A stretch of 64,000 nt of DNA, from the NCBI GenBank assembly GCA_963836185.1, contig CAWIIQ010000001.1:128001-192000 (forward strand). Reading direction: 5' to 3'. Positions 8,248-18,998 of this stretch are shown piece by piece. The first letter of the stretch is position 1; every line of letters begins with the position of its first letter. The translations under genes were made by a program, and so were the position numbers. The notes below the pieces were generated by a model, which ran no database searches, was not told where the DNA came from, and saw nothing but the letters and a program-made list of their open reading frames with translations. This DNA is from Candidatus Krumholzibacteriia bacterium. Its GTDB lineage: Bacteria > Krumholzibacteriota > Krumholzibacteriia > Krumholzibacteriales > Krumholzibacteriaceae.

Positions 8248-9666
8248 TCATTTCTCCGCGAACTCGTTCTGCCAAACGGGATCGCTGAGTTTCCGGTATC
8301 CGTCAGCATATTCTTCCATCACACGATGATAGCCGGGGTCTTCCAGGGCCTCGGCCGCAGCCTCGTTGATCGGCCTGGCGCCGGTCTCGACAACAGCGGT
8401 GCGCAGTTGGTCGAAATGATCCCGGATAGGGCAGGGGCAGAGCCAGTTCCCGACCTCTTCTGCGGGCCGTCCGAATCCGTATTCGTACTGCCAGTCGTGG
8501 ATCTTTTGAAAAAACGGGGTCTTGAGCAGTGACGAGAGGTCATCTCCCCGCTCGTATACGTCGTAGATATTGTCGGCCGCGTAGGGAACGAAGACGCACG
8601 GCGTGACGTCGCCGTTCCAGTCTATGTAGAACTGACCTCCAGGGCGGCCCGCGCTGATGCATCCGTAGCTGGCTATTCCGCTGTTCCAGAAATCGGCAAA
8701 GAGGATCTTCTTGTCAAAGACTATGCGCCGGGTTCTCTTGAGCATTTCGAGGCGGTTCTCCGGGGTTATCATAAGGTCGAGGTCGGGGTCGCGTCCGATA
8801 GGCATGTACTGGAAGCACCAGATGTAGACCGCTCCCTGCTCTTCGACGCAGAAATCGAGGAATTCATCGCTCGTGAGCAGATCCCAGTTCCGGTTGGTCG
8901 GAGTGATCGATATCCCGAACGGGACGCCGTGCCTGCGCAGCCTCTCGAATGTGTCGAGGATCTTCCTGAAAACACCATTCCCCCTGCGCGCGTCCGTTTC
9001 CTTTTCATACCCTTCCAGAGACAGCGCGGGGGTGATGTTCCCGAGTTCTCCCATCCGCTTCGCCGTATCGTCGTCGATCAGCGTGCCATTCGTGTAAGTC
9101 ATGAAGTACTCGGTCGGGTGTTTTTCAGCGAGGTCCAGGATGCCTCGCTCGCCGTCACGCCAGAGAAACGGCTCCCCGCCCGAGACGATCGTCAGGTAGG
9201 AGTCCCACAGCTCTCTTTTCTCGGTGACGATCCTGTCGAATATCTCCCACGAGAGACTCGCGTGTTTTGTCGGGTCGCTTGCCGCGTAGCACCCCTCACA
9301 TTTCAGGTTGCATGTCCCGGTCGGGCTTACGACGAGCACGAGGGGATTGTGTTCCGTAGATGGCCCTTCACGTCTTTCATTAACGACTATATTCTCAAGG
9401 ACCGATCCAAGAAGTCTGTCGAGGACATTCCTTGATACATGTCCGCTTGTCATAGCCCTGTGGAAACCATGGAAGAGGGCCATCATGTAGGCGTGCTTGA
9501 GCTCCTGCACGCCTCGCGGCCGTCCATCCTCGTTCTCCACGACAAGTTTCTGGTAAATACGCCGGTTTACGATATCGACAAGGATCTTCCTCGACAGGCG
9601 GTTCTCCAGCATAAGCCGGTAGAGCTCCCTGACCGAGGAGCTTTCGAGGATTTTCCCTGGTATCAT
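8248..9666 (-). CDS. Radical SAM protein with SPASM/Twitch-like C-terminus
   Basis: CNLKCEGC, SGGEP, YTNGTL, GC.AG...G.V.PCVF, CPCPIRDH. Confidence 0.9.
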   Translation of the reverse strand: MIPGKILESSSVRELYRLMLENRLSRKILVDIVNRRIYQKLVVENEDGRPRGVQELKHAYMMALFHGFHRAMTSGHVSRNVLDRLLGSVLENIVVNERREGPSTEHNPLVLVVSPTGTCNLKCEGCYAASDPTKHASLSWEIFDRIVTEKRELWDSYLTIVSGGEPFLWRDGERGILDLAEKHPTEYFMTYTNGTLIDDDTAKRMGELGNITPALSLEGYEKETDARRGNGVFRKILDTFERLRRHGVPFGISITPTNRNWDLLTSDEFLDFCVEEQGAVYIWCFQYMPIGRDPDLDLMITPENRLEMLKRTRRIVFDKKILFADFWNSGIASYGCISAGRPGGQFYIDWNGDVTPCVFVPYAADNIYDVYERGDDLSSLLKTPFFQKIHDWQYEYGFGRPAEEVGNWLCPCPIRDHFDQLRTAVVETGARPINEAAAEALEDPGYHRVMEEYADGYRKLSDPVWQNEFAEK

Positions 9667-9677
9667 TCAGATCGTCT

Positions 9678-10244
9678 CTAGAACGCTACCCCGACATTGA
9701 CAAGCCTGATGATCGGAAGGAATCCGGCCTGATCGTCCTCGAGATCCCCACCGAACAGTCTCGTCGCGCCAGCTCCGACACTTATGGCGAAGTTCTGGTT
9801 GTCGCCGAGCAGCCACGTGTAACCGACGTCGAGACCAAAACCGAAAGCGGTGCCTTTCTCGGTGGGCTCGTCGTCATAATATTCGAACTCGACAGAGGTC
9901 ACGCCGAGCCTGCCCCCGAAATAGAATCCGGAAGGCGCCTTGCCCGACGGGTAAAATCTGTAAATCAGGTATCCGCTGAGATATTTCGATTTTGCAGCAT
10001 CCATATCCTCTTCATCATCTTCATACGAAGTGTATGATGCCGCGATCCCGAGCGTGCTGTTCGGTGCTATCTTACGTTCATATTCTATGTTCCACCAGCT
10101 GAACAGAATGAGGAAAGGATTGGTAGTTATCAGATTCTTGGTAGTCGGAGCAGGAGGTGTGTTGTCCTGTGCCGCGACAGGAACGCTCATCGAGGCCATG
10201 ACAATTATCAAGCCGATCACCGTAAGACATCGTGCTCTGCTCAT
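9678..10244 (-). CDS. Outer-membrane beta-barrel protein (DUF3575-like)
   Basis: Signal peptide; KNLITTNP, NIEYER, YRFY, GYTWL; ends in NVGVAF. Confidence 0.65.
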   Translation of the reverse strand: MSRARCLTVIGLIIVMASMSVPVAAQDNTPPAPTTKNLITTNPFLILFSWWNIEYERKIAPNSTLGIAASYTSYEDDEEDMDAAKSKYLSGYLIYRFYPSGKAPSGFYFGGRLGVTSVEFEYYDDEPTEKGTAFGFGLDVGYTWLLGDNQNFAISVGAGATRLFGGDLEDDQAGFLPIIRLVNVGVAF

Positions 10245-10339
10245 CTTTCATCCACCTTCCATCAGAATAAAGACAGCATTCAACTGGATACCTGCGGGGA
10301 GTTTCATCGAAAGGACGGGGTTGTGTCAAGAGTAATGAC

Positions 10340-10370
10340 AAAAGCGCGCGGGGCCAACTCCCCGCGCGCT
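10340..10370 (-). terminator. Intrinsic terminator of the RND operon
   Basis: AGCGCGCGGGG-CCAACT-CCCCGCGCGCT stem followed by a T-run on the minus strand. Confidence 0.7.
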
Positions 10371-10396
10371 GAATGTGATCGAGAATAGATATAGTG

Positions 10397-11623
10397 CTAT
10401 TTGAATTCGACGTAGTCGAAATCGTCCCAGTCGATCTCGATCTCCTCGCCAGAGTCGAGGATCACAAATATCCCCTTGTTTTCATCGTCGACGTCGTTCG
10501 ATCCCTTGACCTTGAATTCGTGGCCGTCCCAGAGGGTGATGATTGAAGAGCAGCATCCCTTGCGCCGGATCGAGCTGATGTTACCCAGTTCGATATCCAT
10601 CTCGACGCCCCTGAACTCGGTATCCATGACTTCCCAGGTGTATTCCTCATCGTCATCCCACCTGATATTTCCCGTGTACGATTCGCCTGAATCGGTATGG
10701 ACGGTGCCCCTGAGAAGCTTTCCTCCGTCGAAACGGCTGTACTCTACCGGGGCGGCTGCTTCCTCGAAATCGATGCGGTCGAATTCGTCCCAGTCGACCT
10801 TTACGACGCCGAAGTCCTCGACAAAGATGGAGATCCCTCTGTTCGAGCTGTCCACGTCGTTAGTGCCTTTCAGCGTGATCTCGTCGCCGTTCTTGAGGGT
10901 GACACGCGCGCTGCTCGAACTGCGGCGTTCGATCGACCTGATCTTTCCGAACTCGATCTCGCGGTCGCGTCCGCGCTGCTCGCCGTCCAGCACGTCCTCT
11001 TCCAGGACCTCGTCAGCGTCCCAGACGACCCAACCGGTAAATGTATCGTCTTTTCTTGTGGTAAGCGTTCCGTACAGCCTGTCTCCATAGTCTGAATAGA
11101 CCTCGTAGCCGCCCTGGCTGAATTCGACACGGTCGATTTCGTCCCATTCGAACTCTATCTCGCCCTCATCGGGATCCTCCACGATTATACCGCGGATATT
11201 GTCGCCGATGTCGGTCGAGCCGGCCTTGACTTCCATCTCTTCGCCGGACTTGAATATGAGCAGAGCAGTGTCATCTTCTATGACTTCGATAGCTTCGAGG
11301 TGGCCGAACGCCACGGCGCACTGAGCTGACATATTGTAGGAACCCTTTGTCTTCACGTTGCCGACACGTATACCGAAAATACGGATCGACTTTACCTTCT
11401 CATTGTCTTTGTACCGGCGCTTGGAGAGTTCGAGTTCCTTCGTGCAGTCGATCATATCGACCCACGAAACCTCGTTCTTGTCCCACCTGATCAGGCCATC
11501 GTACCTTTCGCCTTCAGATGTGATTACTCTGCCGTGTATCCTGCCGCGCGCGTCGGCGAATGATGGCGCGGATACAGTCGCGGCGAGGACCAGGATCAGC
11601 CCTGTCGTCAGGAGCTTCTTCAT
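10397..11623 (-). CDS. Secreted acidic protein with three tandem repeats of about 120 aa
   Basis: Signal peptide; three copies of G.V.T..G..Y.G.I.WD.DE...I.FG.I..I...G.NDV...N.GI.V...W..FD.VEF. Confidence 0.8.
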   Translation of the reverse strand: MKKLLTTGLILVLAATVSAPSFADARGRIHGRVITSEGERYDGLIRWDKNEVSWVDMIDCTKELELSKRRYKDNEKVKSIRIFGIRVGNVKTKGSYNMSAQCAVAFGHLEAIEVIEDDTALLIFKSGEEMEVKAGSTDIGDNIRGIIVEDPDEGEIEFEWDEIDRVEFSQGGYEVYSDYGDRLYGTLTTRKDDTFTGWVVWDADEVLEEDVLDGEQRGRDREIEFGKIRSIERRSSSSARVTLKNGDEITLKGTNDVDSSNRGISIFVEDFGVVKVDWDEFDRIDFEEAAAPVEYSRFDGGKLLRGTVHTDSGESYTGNIRWDDDEEYTWEVMDTEFRGVEMDIELGNISSIRRKGCCSSIITLWDGHEFKVKGSNDVDDENKGIFVILDSGEEIEIDWDDFDYVEFK

Positions 11624-14600
11624 ATCGATAGCCTCCGTTCAGGTTCAGCGGGCGCCGCTGGCTGCGTGCCCTTTGCGTTAGCGATGATTCTTCTGGACCA
11701 GTTTCTCAGATCGTCGAGAATGGCATATATCGTCGGCAGGACCAGAAGGGTTATCATCGTTGAGAATGTTAACCCGCCGACGATCGCTCTGGCCATAGGG
11801 AAATAGGGCGGTCCGTTGCCGCCTATCTGAGTTGCCACGACACAAAGAGGGACGAGGCTCAGCACTGTCGTGCCGGCCGTCATGAGGATTGGCCTGAGCC
11901 TGTCACGGCCAGCCTGCACGATGGCGTCGTTCCTCTTTAATCCTTTCAAGCGCAGATGGTTTATGTGGTCGACCAGTACGATCCCGTTGTTCACTACAAC
12001 ACCTATCAATATCAGTATCCCTATCATGGCCATGATCGACATCGTGGTGCCTGTCAACAGGAAGAACCAGTAGACACCGACTATGGAGAATATTATCTGG
12101 GTCCATATAGCCGTCGGGTAGAGGAGCGACTCGAACAATGAAGCCATCACGAAGTATATAAGCGCGAGCGCCAGCAGCAGGTTGATCAGCATCGTGTTCA
12201 TCGCTTCCTGCTCGTGGTCAAAACTCTGGCCGTAGTTCCAGGAATACCCGGCGGGGAAGTTGTAGTTACCCAGCACGAACGAGATCATCTTCTGCGCTTC
12301 ACCCTTGGTGACATCTGTCAGGTTGGCTGAGATTCCCAGGGAGGTCGTCCTGTCTTCCCTGCGGATATTCCGCGGCCCGCGACGAATCCGGAAATCCGCG
12401 AGAGAGGCCAGCTTGACCGTTCTGCCCGTTCTTGAATGAAGAGGAAGGTCCTTTAACTGCTCCAGTGTCTCCCGGTCCTCCTCCTGGAACTCGAGGCGGA
12501 TATCGATCTCGCCCGATTCGCCGTGCATCTTTCTCAGGTTCACGCCTCGCATCGCCGCCGAGATGACCTGCGCGATCTCACCCGCCGAAAAGCCGTATTG
12601 CCTCGCGCGATCGCGATCTACCGATATCTGGACTTCCTCTTCTCCTTTTTCCGCGTCGGAACGCACATCGGAGAACCCGGGGAGCTGGCTGAGGGTCCAC
12701 GCGACGTCCTGTGAGATCTCCGCCAGTTTCTCGCTCGATTTGCCGGTGAGACTGATGTTGATAGATGTGCCGCCGCCTCCCTGGTTTCGCCATGTGAACG
12801 AGGGGTTGGCGATTGCCATCTTGGGCAGGCCCTCTTTTATCTCGTCTTTTATTTCCTTGGTCGATTTCTTCGTTCCCTCTTTATTCAGGAGTATCGTCGA
12901 AGACGCGTAGTCGCCCTGGAAGTAACTGTAGATAGATTCTATCTCGAATTTATCCTGATTTTCGAACAGGTAATCCTCGTATTCGGTCACGGCCGCCTCG
13001 ACCTTCTCCAGGGTATAGCTTCCGTTGATATGGTAGTGGAGCCTGATCCGCCGGTCCTCCGGTTCATCGAACATGTCCGTCTTGACGAACTTCATAGGAA
13101 CGGCGATGCTCAGGAGCAGGCCGATGATTATCCAGACGGTGGCTTTCCTGTGGCGCATGGTCCATTCGAGAGCGACGGCGTATTTTCCGATCAACTTGTC
13201 GATGACAGTCTTTTTTGTAACGGGCTTCGGCGGTTTGATCCTCGACGAGAGAAGGGGGACGATCGTCTGAGCCAGCAGGAGGGAGACTCCGAGGGCTATG
13301 ACGATCGTTATCCCGATGTGCTTCAGGTATATGGAGATATCATCGTTAGGGCTTACGATATTTGGCAGGAAGACTATCCCCGTCGTTGCTGTTCCCGCCG
13401 TGATAGCCATGGATACTTCCCTGACACCGGTAGAGATCGACTTCGTTGAGCCGGGATCGGCAAGCTGATGCCGATGTATGCTTTCGGTCACAACGACCGC
13501 GTTGTCGACGAGCATCCCAACGGCGAGCATCAACCCCATCATCGACAGGATGTTCAACGTCACTCCCATGAAGTACATGAATGTAAGCGTGATAAGCAGG
13601 GACAGCGGCACGGCCAGTGCGACGATGAAAGTCGTTACAAGGCGCCTGAGAAAAAAGAAAAGGATCAGAACCGCTAGAGAGCCTCCTATGAGGCCGGACT
13701 TAAGTACCTCGTTAAGAGAGCTTGTGACGCCCTCGGCGAGATTGTCCATGTAGAATATGCTGATTCCCTCCATCTCGGGAATCTCCTTGATGATCTCGAT
13801 CTCCGCGATGATCCTGTCGGTCACCTCGACCAGGTTCGCTCCGCCCTCTTTGAATACGTTGAGTCCGATCGCGTACTTCCTGTTGAGATGCCTGCCGTAA
13901 TGACGCTCGGGCTGTTCGTATGTCACGGTCGCGATGTCGCTGAGCCTGAGGCCGTGCTCCCCGACGATCACCCGCCCGATCTCTTCGATGGACTGGTACT
14001 CCCCGACCGGCCTCACCACGAACCTCTGGTTCTGATCGGTTATCTTGCCGGCCGTTACGAGGAAATTGCTGCGGCGCAGAGTCTGTGAGAGCTGACCGAT
14101 ATCTATTCCATGCTGGATTATCCTGTCTGCCGAGAGTTTGATCCGAACTTCCTTCTTCTGCACGCCGTAGAGATCGACCTTGGAGACGCCCTCGATCCTC
14201 TCGATCCTTCTCTTGACGTTCCTGTTGAGCATGTCATACGAATTCGACAGGTCACGGTTGCTCGATATCCTCAGGGTCAGTATCTCCATGTCGGCAGTCG
14301 ACCATTTCAGGACATGGAAACGTTCCAGGTCGTCAGGGAAGAGGTGCCTGATCCCCTCGAGCTTCTCCTTCGCTTCGAGGGCCTTGACGTCGGTGTCGAC
14401 TCCCCATTCGAACTCGAGCCTGATCCACGCGCCGTTTGTATGTGAATTCGATTCCATACGTTTGAATCCGCTGATGGTCGCTATGACCTCCTCCGCGGGT
14501 CTTGTTATCTGGCGCTCGATCTCCTCTGGAGTGGAGCCGGGGTAGGGGATGTCGATAAATATGAACGGTGCGTCGAGATCGGGGAAATATTCCATGGGCA

Positions 14601-14694
14601 GGAGCCTGGCCGAGATGATCCCGAGCACGATGAAGCACACGAAGACCATAAGGGTCGTCACCGGGCGCTTGATCGATGCGTTCGTCAGGTTCAT
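11620..14694 (-). CDS. RND efflux permease subunit (AcrB/AcrD/AcrF family)
   Basis: 1024 aa; YPGSTPEEIE, GMLVDNAVVV, RLRPILMT. Confidence 0.95.
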   Translation of the reverse strand: MNLTNASIKRPVTTLMVFVCFIVLGIISARLLPMEYFPDLDAPFIFIDIPYPGSTPEEIERQITRPAEEVIATISGFKRMESNSHTNGAWIRLEFEWGVDTDVKALEAKEKLEGIRHLFPDDLERFHVLKWSTADMEILTLRISSNRDLSNSYDMLNRNVKRRIERIEGVSKVDLYGVQKKEVRIKLSADRIIQHGIDIGQLSQTLRRSNFLVTAGKITDQNQRFVVRPVGEYQSIEEIGRVIVGEHGLRLSDIATVTYEQPERHYGRHLNRKYAIGLNVFKEGGANLVEVTDRIIAEIEIIKEIPEMEGISIFYMDNLAEGVTSSLNEVLKSGLIGGSLAVLILFFFLRRLVTTFIVALAVPLSLLITLTFMYFMGVTLNILSMMGLMLAVGMLVDNAVVVTESIHRHQLADPGSTKSISTGVREVSMAITAGTATTGIVFLPNIVSPNDDISIYLKHIGITIVIALGVSLLLAQTIVPLLSSRIKPPKPVTKKTVIDKLIGKYAVALEWTMRHRKATVWIIIGLLLSIAVPMKFVKTDMFDEPEDRRIRLHYHINGSYTLEKVEAAVTEYEDYLFENQDKFEIESIYSYFQGDYASSTILLNKEGTKKSTKEIKDEIKEGLPKMAIANPSFTWRNQGGGGTSINISLTGKSSEKLAEISQDVAWTLSQLPGFSDVRSDAEKGEEEVQISVDRDRARQYGFSAGEIAQVISAAMRGVNLRKMHGESGEIDIRLEFQEEDRETLEQLKDLPLHSRTGRTVKLASLADFRIRRGPRNIRREDRTTSLGISANLTDVTKGEAQKMISFVLGNYNFPAGYSWNYGQSFDHEQEAMNTMLINLLLALALIYFVMASLFESLLYPTAIWTQIIFSIVGVYWFFLLTGTTMSIMAMIGILILIGVVVNNGIVLVDHINHLRLKGLKRNDAIVQAGRDRLRPILMTAGTTVLSLVPLCVVATQIGGNGPPYFPMARAIVGGLTFSTMITLLVLPTIYAILDDLRNWSRRIIANAKGTQPAAPAEPERRLSI

Positions 14695-17600
14695 CTATTT
14701 TCTCCTGTCGAGCAGATCATATACGACAGGTATTACGATAAGAGTAAGCAGTGTCGATACGCTGAGCCCTCCGATGACGGTGATCGCCATCGGTGCTCTC
14801 ACTTCAGCGCCCTCGCCGATCCCCATGGCCAGCGGGAGAAGGCCGAGTGTAGTCGTAAGTGTTGTCATGAGAATCGGCCGCAGCCTCGATTTGCCGCCTT
14901 CAAGGATAGCCGCCCGTTTTCCCGTTCCTCCGTCACGCAGCTGATTGATCAGGTCGATCAGCACGATCGCGTTGTTTACCACTATTCCCGCGAGAAGTAT
15001 AAGGCCGATGAAAACGACCACGCTGATAGTAGAGCCGGTCAGGAACAGGGCCCAGACCGCTCCGATCAGCGCCAGTGGAATCGTAAAGAGGATTACGAAG
15101 GGATGCAGGAATGATTCGAACTGGGATGCCATCACGAGGTAGACGAGGAATACTGCCAGAAGGAGAGCGAACTGGAGAGACTTGAAGGACTTCGCCATCT
15201 CCTGGTTCTGCCCGGCTATGTTGATCGCCAGACCGGCGGGCATGGGGATGCTGCGAATCATGCCGTTTATCTCCTCGGCAGCAGTGCCGAGATCGCCGTA
15301 GTTCAGGTTGGCCGTCACGAGGGCTACCCTTTCCTGGTCGACACGCCTGATCTCGCCGGGGCCTGTGTCGAGTGTGATGTCCGCGACCGCTTCGAGCGTG
15401 ACGGGTCTTTCGCTTTCCGGGTTGATGATCAATTTTCTTATCTTGTCGACCGAGTTCCTGTCCGATTCCTTCGCGCGGACGAGGATGTCGATCTTCCGGT
15501 CGCGCCAGGAGTAGCGTGATGCGACATCGCCGCGGACCTTGCTCACTACGCGGTCGGCGACCTCGTAGACCTGGAACCCGAGGGCCGCGGCTTTCTCGCG
15601 GTCGAATCTTATCTGGATCTCGGGATGCCCCGCTTTCATAGTCGATTTTACATCGGCGAAGCGGGGATTCGAGTCGAGCCTGGAGGCTATATCGTTGCTG
15701 ACCTTCTTGAGGCTTCGCAGATCGTATCCGGCGATCTCTATCTCGACAGGAGTCTTGAAAGTGAACAGAGTCGGTCTCGAGAACTTGTACTGCAGGTCGG
15801 GAACGCGATGCAGATCATCACGCATCTGGGCCATGACTCTTTCCTCGTCGTTTCGCTGCGAACCGGGCAGGAGTACGACATTGAGTTCACCCCAGTTCTC
15901 GCCGCCCTGCTCGGGATTGGCGTCCATTCTGTTGCCGGTGCCGGCTACCGCGAAAACGGTGCTGATGCCGGATATGTCCCTGGTAGATTCCTGGACGCTT
16001 CTTATCGCCCTGTCGGTCACTTCGAGCGGAGTGCCGGGGGAGAGGCGGAACTCGACGCTGAACTCGCCCTGCGAGAGCTGCGGAATCAGCTCTACGCCCA
16101 GGTTCCTGGCCATCAGCATCGTCCCGAAAAACAGGATAAGCGCTATCAGTATGACTCTACCCCTGTGATCGAGTGACCACGCGAGCGTGCCGTCGTACCA
16201 TCCGGCGACGACATCGTAAAATTTAGTGAAGAGCTTGAGTATGGGCCTGAGCAGGAAGGAAAAGATTCTCGCCAGACCCCGGCAGATGCCCAGTATGACT
16301 CTCGTGAAAAAGACAGGAACAGTATTGAAAATGAATCTGCCGAACGCCGAGAACCATCTGCCGACACGTCTTTTCGGTTCTTTTTTCGGAGCCGGAGCAG
16401 GCGGCGGCTCTTTGTTAGACTGCAGGGACGCCAGCATGGGGATGAGCGTCAGGGCTACCACAAGAGACGCGATCAGCGCGAAGGTGACCGTAAGAGCCTG
16501 GTCCCTGAATAGCTGCCCCGAGATTCCCGAGACGAATACGAGCGGCAGGAAAACAGCGACCGTGGTGAGCGTCGAGGCTGTCACAGCCTTGCCGACCTCG
16601 CCCGCGCCGTCCCGGGCAGAGTCGGCGATATTCTTTCCCATCGCCCGGTGTCGGGATATGTTTTCCAGCACGACGATGGAGTTGTCCAGGAGCATTCCGA
16701 CCCCGAGCGCGATCCCTCCGAGAGACATGATGTTGAGTGTCAGGTCCGAGCCGTACATCATATTGAATGTCGCGATAATGGATACAGGTATGGAAAGGGA
16801 TATGATGACGGTTGCCCAGAAATTCTGCAGGAAGAGGTAGAGGATGATTATCGCGAGGATGCCTCCGATGACGGCTGCCTGTATGACCTCGTTGATCGCC
16901 TGTCTGATGAAGGTCGACTGGTCGTAGACCTTGACGAGGTTGTACCCTTCAGGCAGGACCTTTTTCGTGCGGCCGAGATGTTTCTCGACCTCGCGGGCCA
17001 CGGCGACAGTGTTGGCGTCGCCCTCTTTGTATATCGCGATCTCCACAGCCTCGCGCCCGTTTAGCCTGGTGATCGCCTCTCTCTCCTTGAAGCCGTGCCT
17101 GACTGTAGCGATATCGCGAAGATATATCGGCTTGCCGTCCTTCGTGGAGACGACGACATCCCCGATCTCCTCGACCGATTCGAACTCGTTAAGTGTCCTG
17201 ACGAGGTACTGCTGTGTTCCTTCCTCGAGCCTGCCGCCCGAGAGGTTGACGTTCTCCGCCCCTATCTGGGTGGCCAGGGCACTTATCGGCAGGTCCAGCT
17301 GGGCCGTGCGCTGCTGATCGATGAATATCTGTATTTCATCCTCGAGGCCTCCGCTGACCTTGACCGCGGCGACTCCGAGGGAAGCCTCGAGCTCTTTCTT
17401 TACCTCTTCCTCGGCGAACCGGCGGAGGAACTTCAGTTCCTCCTCGTCGAACCAGTCGCCGGATGAGTCTGCGCTGTCAGCTTTCGCTTCCGAATCAGTT
17501 TCCTTGTAGAACCCGAATCGCATGACCGGGTCGAGGGAGGGGTCGAACCGCAGAAGAGTCGGCCGTTCGACGTCCAGAGGCAGCTGAAGCACGTCGAGTT

Positions 17601-17931
17601 TTTCGCGAACGTCGAGACTCGCGTAATCCATGTCTGTTCCCCAGGCGAACTCGAGGATCACATCGGATTGCCCCGAACGTGAGATCGAGCTTACCCGGTT
17701 GACGTTCTTGACCACCCCGAGAACTTCCTCGATCGGTTTCGATATGACGTTTTCTATCTCGGCTGGAGCGGCGCCTGGATATTCGGTGCGTACCGTCAGT
17801 GTGGGATATGTCAGTTCGGGTAGAAGGTTGATTTTGAGCCGGGAAAAAGAGACTGCCCCGAACAGTATGATTGCCAGCGTGAACATCGCTATCGTCACAC
17901 GCCGCCGGATGGAGACATCGATTATCTTCAT
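14695..17931 (-). CDS. RND efflux permease subunit, second paralog
   Basis: 1078 aa; YPGAAPAEIE, GMLLDNSIVV, MASQFES, RLRPILMT. Confidence 0.95.
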   Translation of the reverse strand: MKIIDVSIRRRVTIAMFTLAIILFGAVSFSRLKINLLPELTYPTLTVRTEYPGAAPAEIENVISKPIEEVLGVVKNVNRVSSISRSGQSDVILEFAWGTDMDYASLDVREKLDVLQLPLDVERPTLLRFDPSLDPVMRFGFYKETDSEAKADSADSSGDWFDEEELKFLRRFAEEEVKKELEASLGVAAVKVSGGLEDEIQIFIDQQRTAQLDLPISALATQIGAENVNLSGGRLEEGTQQYLVRTLNEFESVEEIGDVVVSTKDGKPIYLRDIATVRHGFKEREAITRLNGREAVEIAIYKEGDANTVAVAREVEKHLGRTKKVLPEGYNLVKVYDQSTFIRQAINEVIQAAVIGGILAIIILYLFLQNFWATVIISLSIPVSIIATFNMMYGSDLTLNIMSLGGIALGVGMLLDNSIVVLENISRHRAMGKNIADSARDGAGEVGKAVTASTLTTVAVFLPLVFVSGISGQLFRDQALTVTFALIASLVVALTLIPMLASLQSNKEPPPAPAPKKEPKRRVGRWFSAFGRFIFNTVPVFFTRVILGICRGLARIFSFLLRPILKLFTKFYDVVAGWYDGTLAWSLDHRGRVILIALILFFGTMLMARNLGVELIPQLSQGEFSVEFRLSPGTPLEVTDRAIRSVQESTRDISGISTVFAVAGTGNRMDANPEQGGENWGELNVVLLPGSQRNDEERVMAQMRDDLHRVPDLQYKFSRPTLFTFKTPVEIEIAGYDLRSLKKVSNDIASRLDSNPRFADVKSTMKAGHPEIQIRFDREKAAALGFQVYEVADRVVSKVRGDVASRYSWRDRKIDILVRAKESDRNSVDKIRKLIINPESERPVTLEAVADITLDTGPGEIRRVDQERVALVTANLNYGDLGTAAEEINGMIRSIPMPAGLAINIAGQNQEMAKSFKSLQFALLLAVFLVYLVMASQFESFLHPFVILFTIPLALIGAVWALFLTGSTISVVVFIGLILLAGIVVNNAIVLIDLINQLRDGGTGKRAAILEGGKSRLRPILMTTLTTTLGLLPLAMGIGEGAEVRAPMAITVIGGLSVSTLLTLIVIPVVYDLLDRRK

Positions 17932-18998
17932 TTATCGCCGCCCGACCTTACGATCTCGACTTTAGTGCTGTCCTTGAGGCTGCCCTTGCCAGTAGTGACG
18001 ATAGTGTCACCCGGCATGAGTCCTGAAAGGATCTCCACATAAGTCGTGTTCGTATAACCGAGGACTACACTGCGCCTGTAAACCGTACTGTCCTGGACGA
18101 CGAAAACGGCGGATTCGCGATCCTCGGCGATGATGCCATCTTTCGGGGCCAGTGTCGTTCCGGTGTGGACGTCGTAGACGATTTTTACGCGGGCGAACAT
18201 GCCGGGCCTGACGCGGCCCGTCGGGTCGTTGACCTCGATCGTGATCTTGACCGTCCCTGTGCCTGAGTCGACGATGGGGCTGATGCGTTTGATGTAGCCC
18301 TCGAAATCAATACCCCCGAGTGCGTCTATGTGGAGGACGGATCTCTGCCCCGGTTTCATCCTCTCGAGCTGTCTCTCGGGAACGTGAAGGATCGCGATTA
18401 TCGGATCGAGACCGCTGACCCTGAATATATTCTCGTTCTGGAGGACCATATTGCCGACCTTGACCTTCCTCTCGGCGACGACGCCGCTGATCGGGGTCTT
18501 GATCGACGTGTACTTGAGGCTCAGCTCGGCGAGGTCATATGCCGCCTTCTGGCGCTCATACTCGAACTGGACCTGTTGAAAGACTTCAGTGCTTACCAGC
18601 TGCTTCTGGTGAAGGTCCCTGTTGCGCTCGAAGTTGTTTTCCTGCTTCCTCAGGTCGGCCTTGGCCTGCTCGAGCTGGACGGAGATCATCTCGTCGTCGA
18701 GTTTGGCAAGGACAGCACCGGCCTTTACGAAATCACCCTCCTCGACGTAGAGCTCCTCGACAACTCCGCTGACCTTGGCGACGACACCCGTCTCTTCCTC
18801 AGCCTCGACAGTCGCCGTTCCTGTGAAGTACGCCGAGATGTCCCCCGTCTTGACTGCGCCTACCTCTACCGGCACGACCGGTTCCTTCTCCTCTTCGCCG
18901 TTCTCCTTCGACTGCGAATCTCCGCCGCAGCCGTATGACGCTATCGCGAGGATCATCAATACGATGAGCGCCGGCAGGAGCTTACTTGAGTTTCTCAT
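17928..18998 (-). CDS. RND periplasmic adaptor (MFP) lipoprotein
   Basis: Lipobox SYGC; V.EGDFVKAG lipoyl half-motif, I.TPISGVV, RPGMFA; start set at MRNSSK. Confidence 0.92.
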   Translation of the reverse strand: MRNSSKLLPALIVLMILAIASYGCGGDSQSKENGEEEKEPVVPVEVGAVKTGDISAYFTGTATVEAEEETGVVAKVSGVVEELYVEEGDFVKAGAVLAKLDDEMISVQLEQAKADLRKQENNFERNRDLHQKQLVSTEVFQQVQFEYERQKAAYDLAELSLKYTSIKTPISGVVAERKVKVGNMVLQNENIFRVSGLDPIIAILHVPERQLERMKPGQRSVLHIDALGGIDFEGYIKRISPIVDSGTGTVKITIEVNDPTGRVRPGMFARVKIVYDVHTGTTLAPKDGIIAEDRESAVFVVQDSTVYRRSVVLGYTNTTYVEILSGLMPGDTIVTTGKGSLKDSTKVEIVRSGGDK

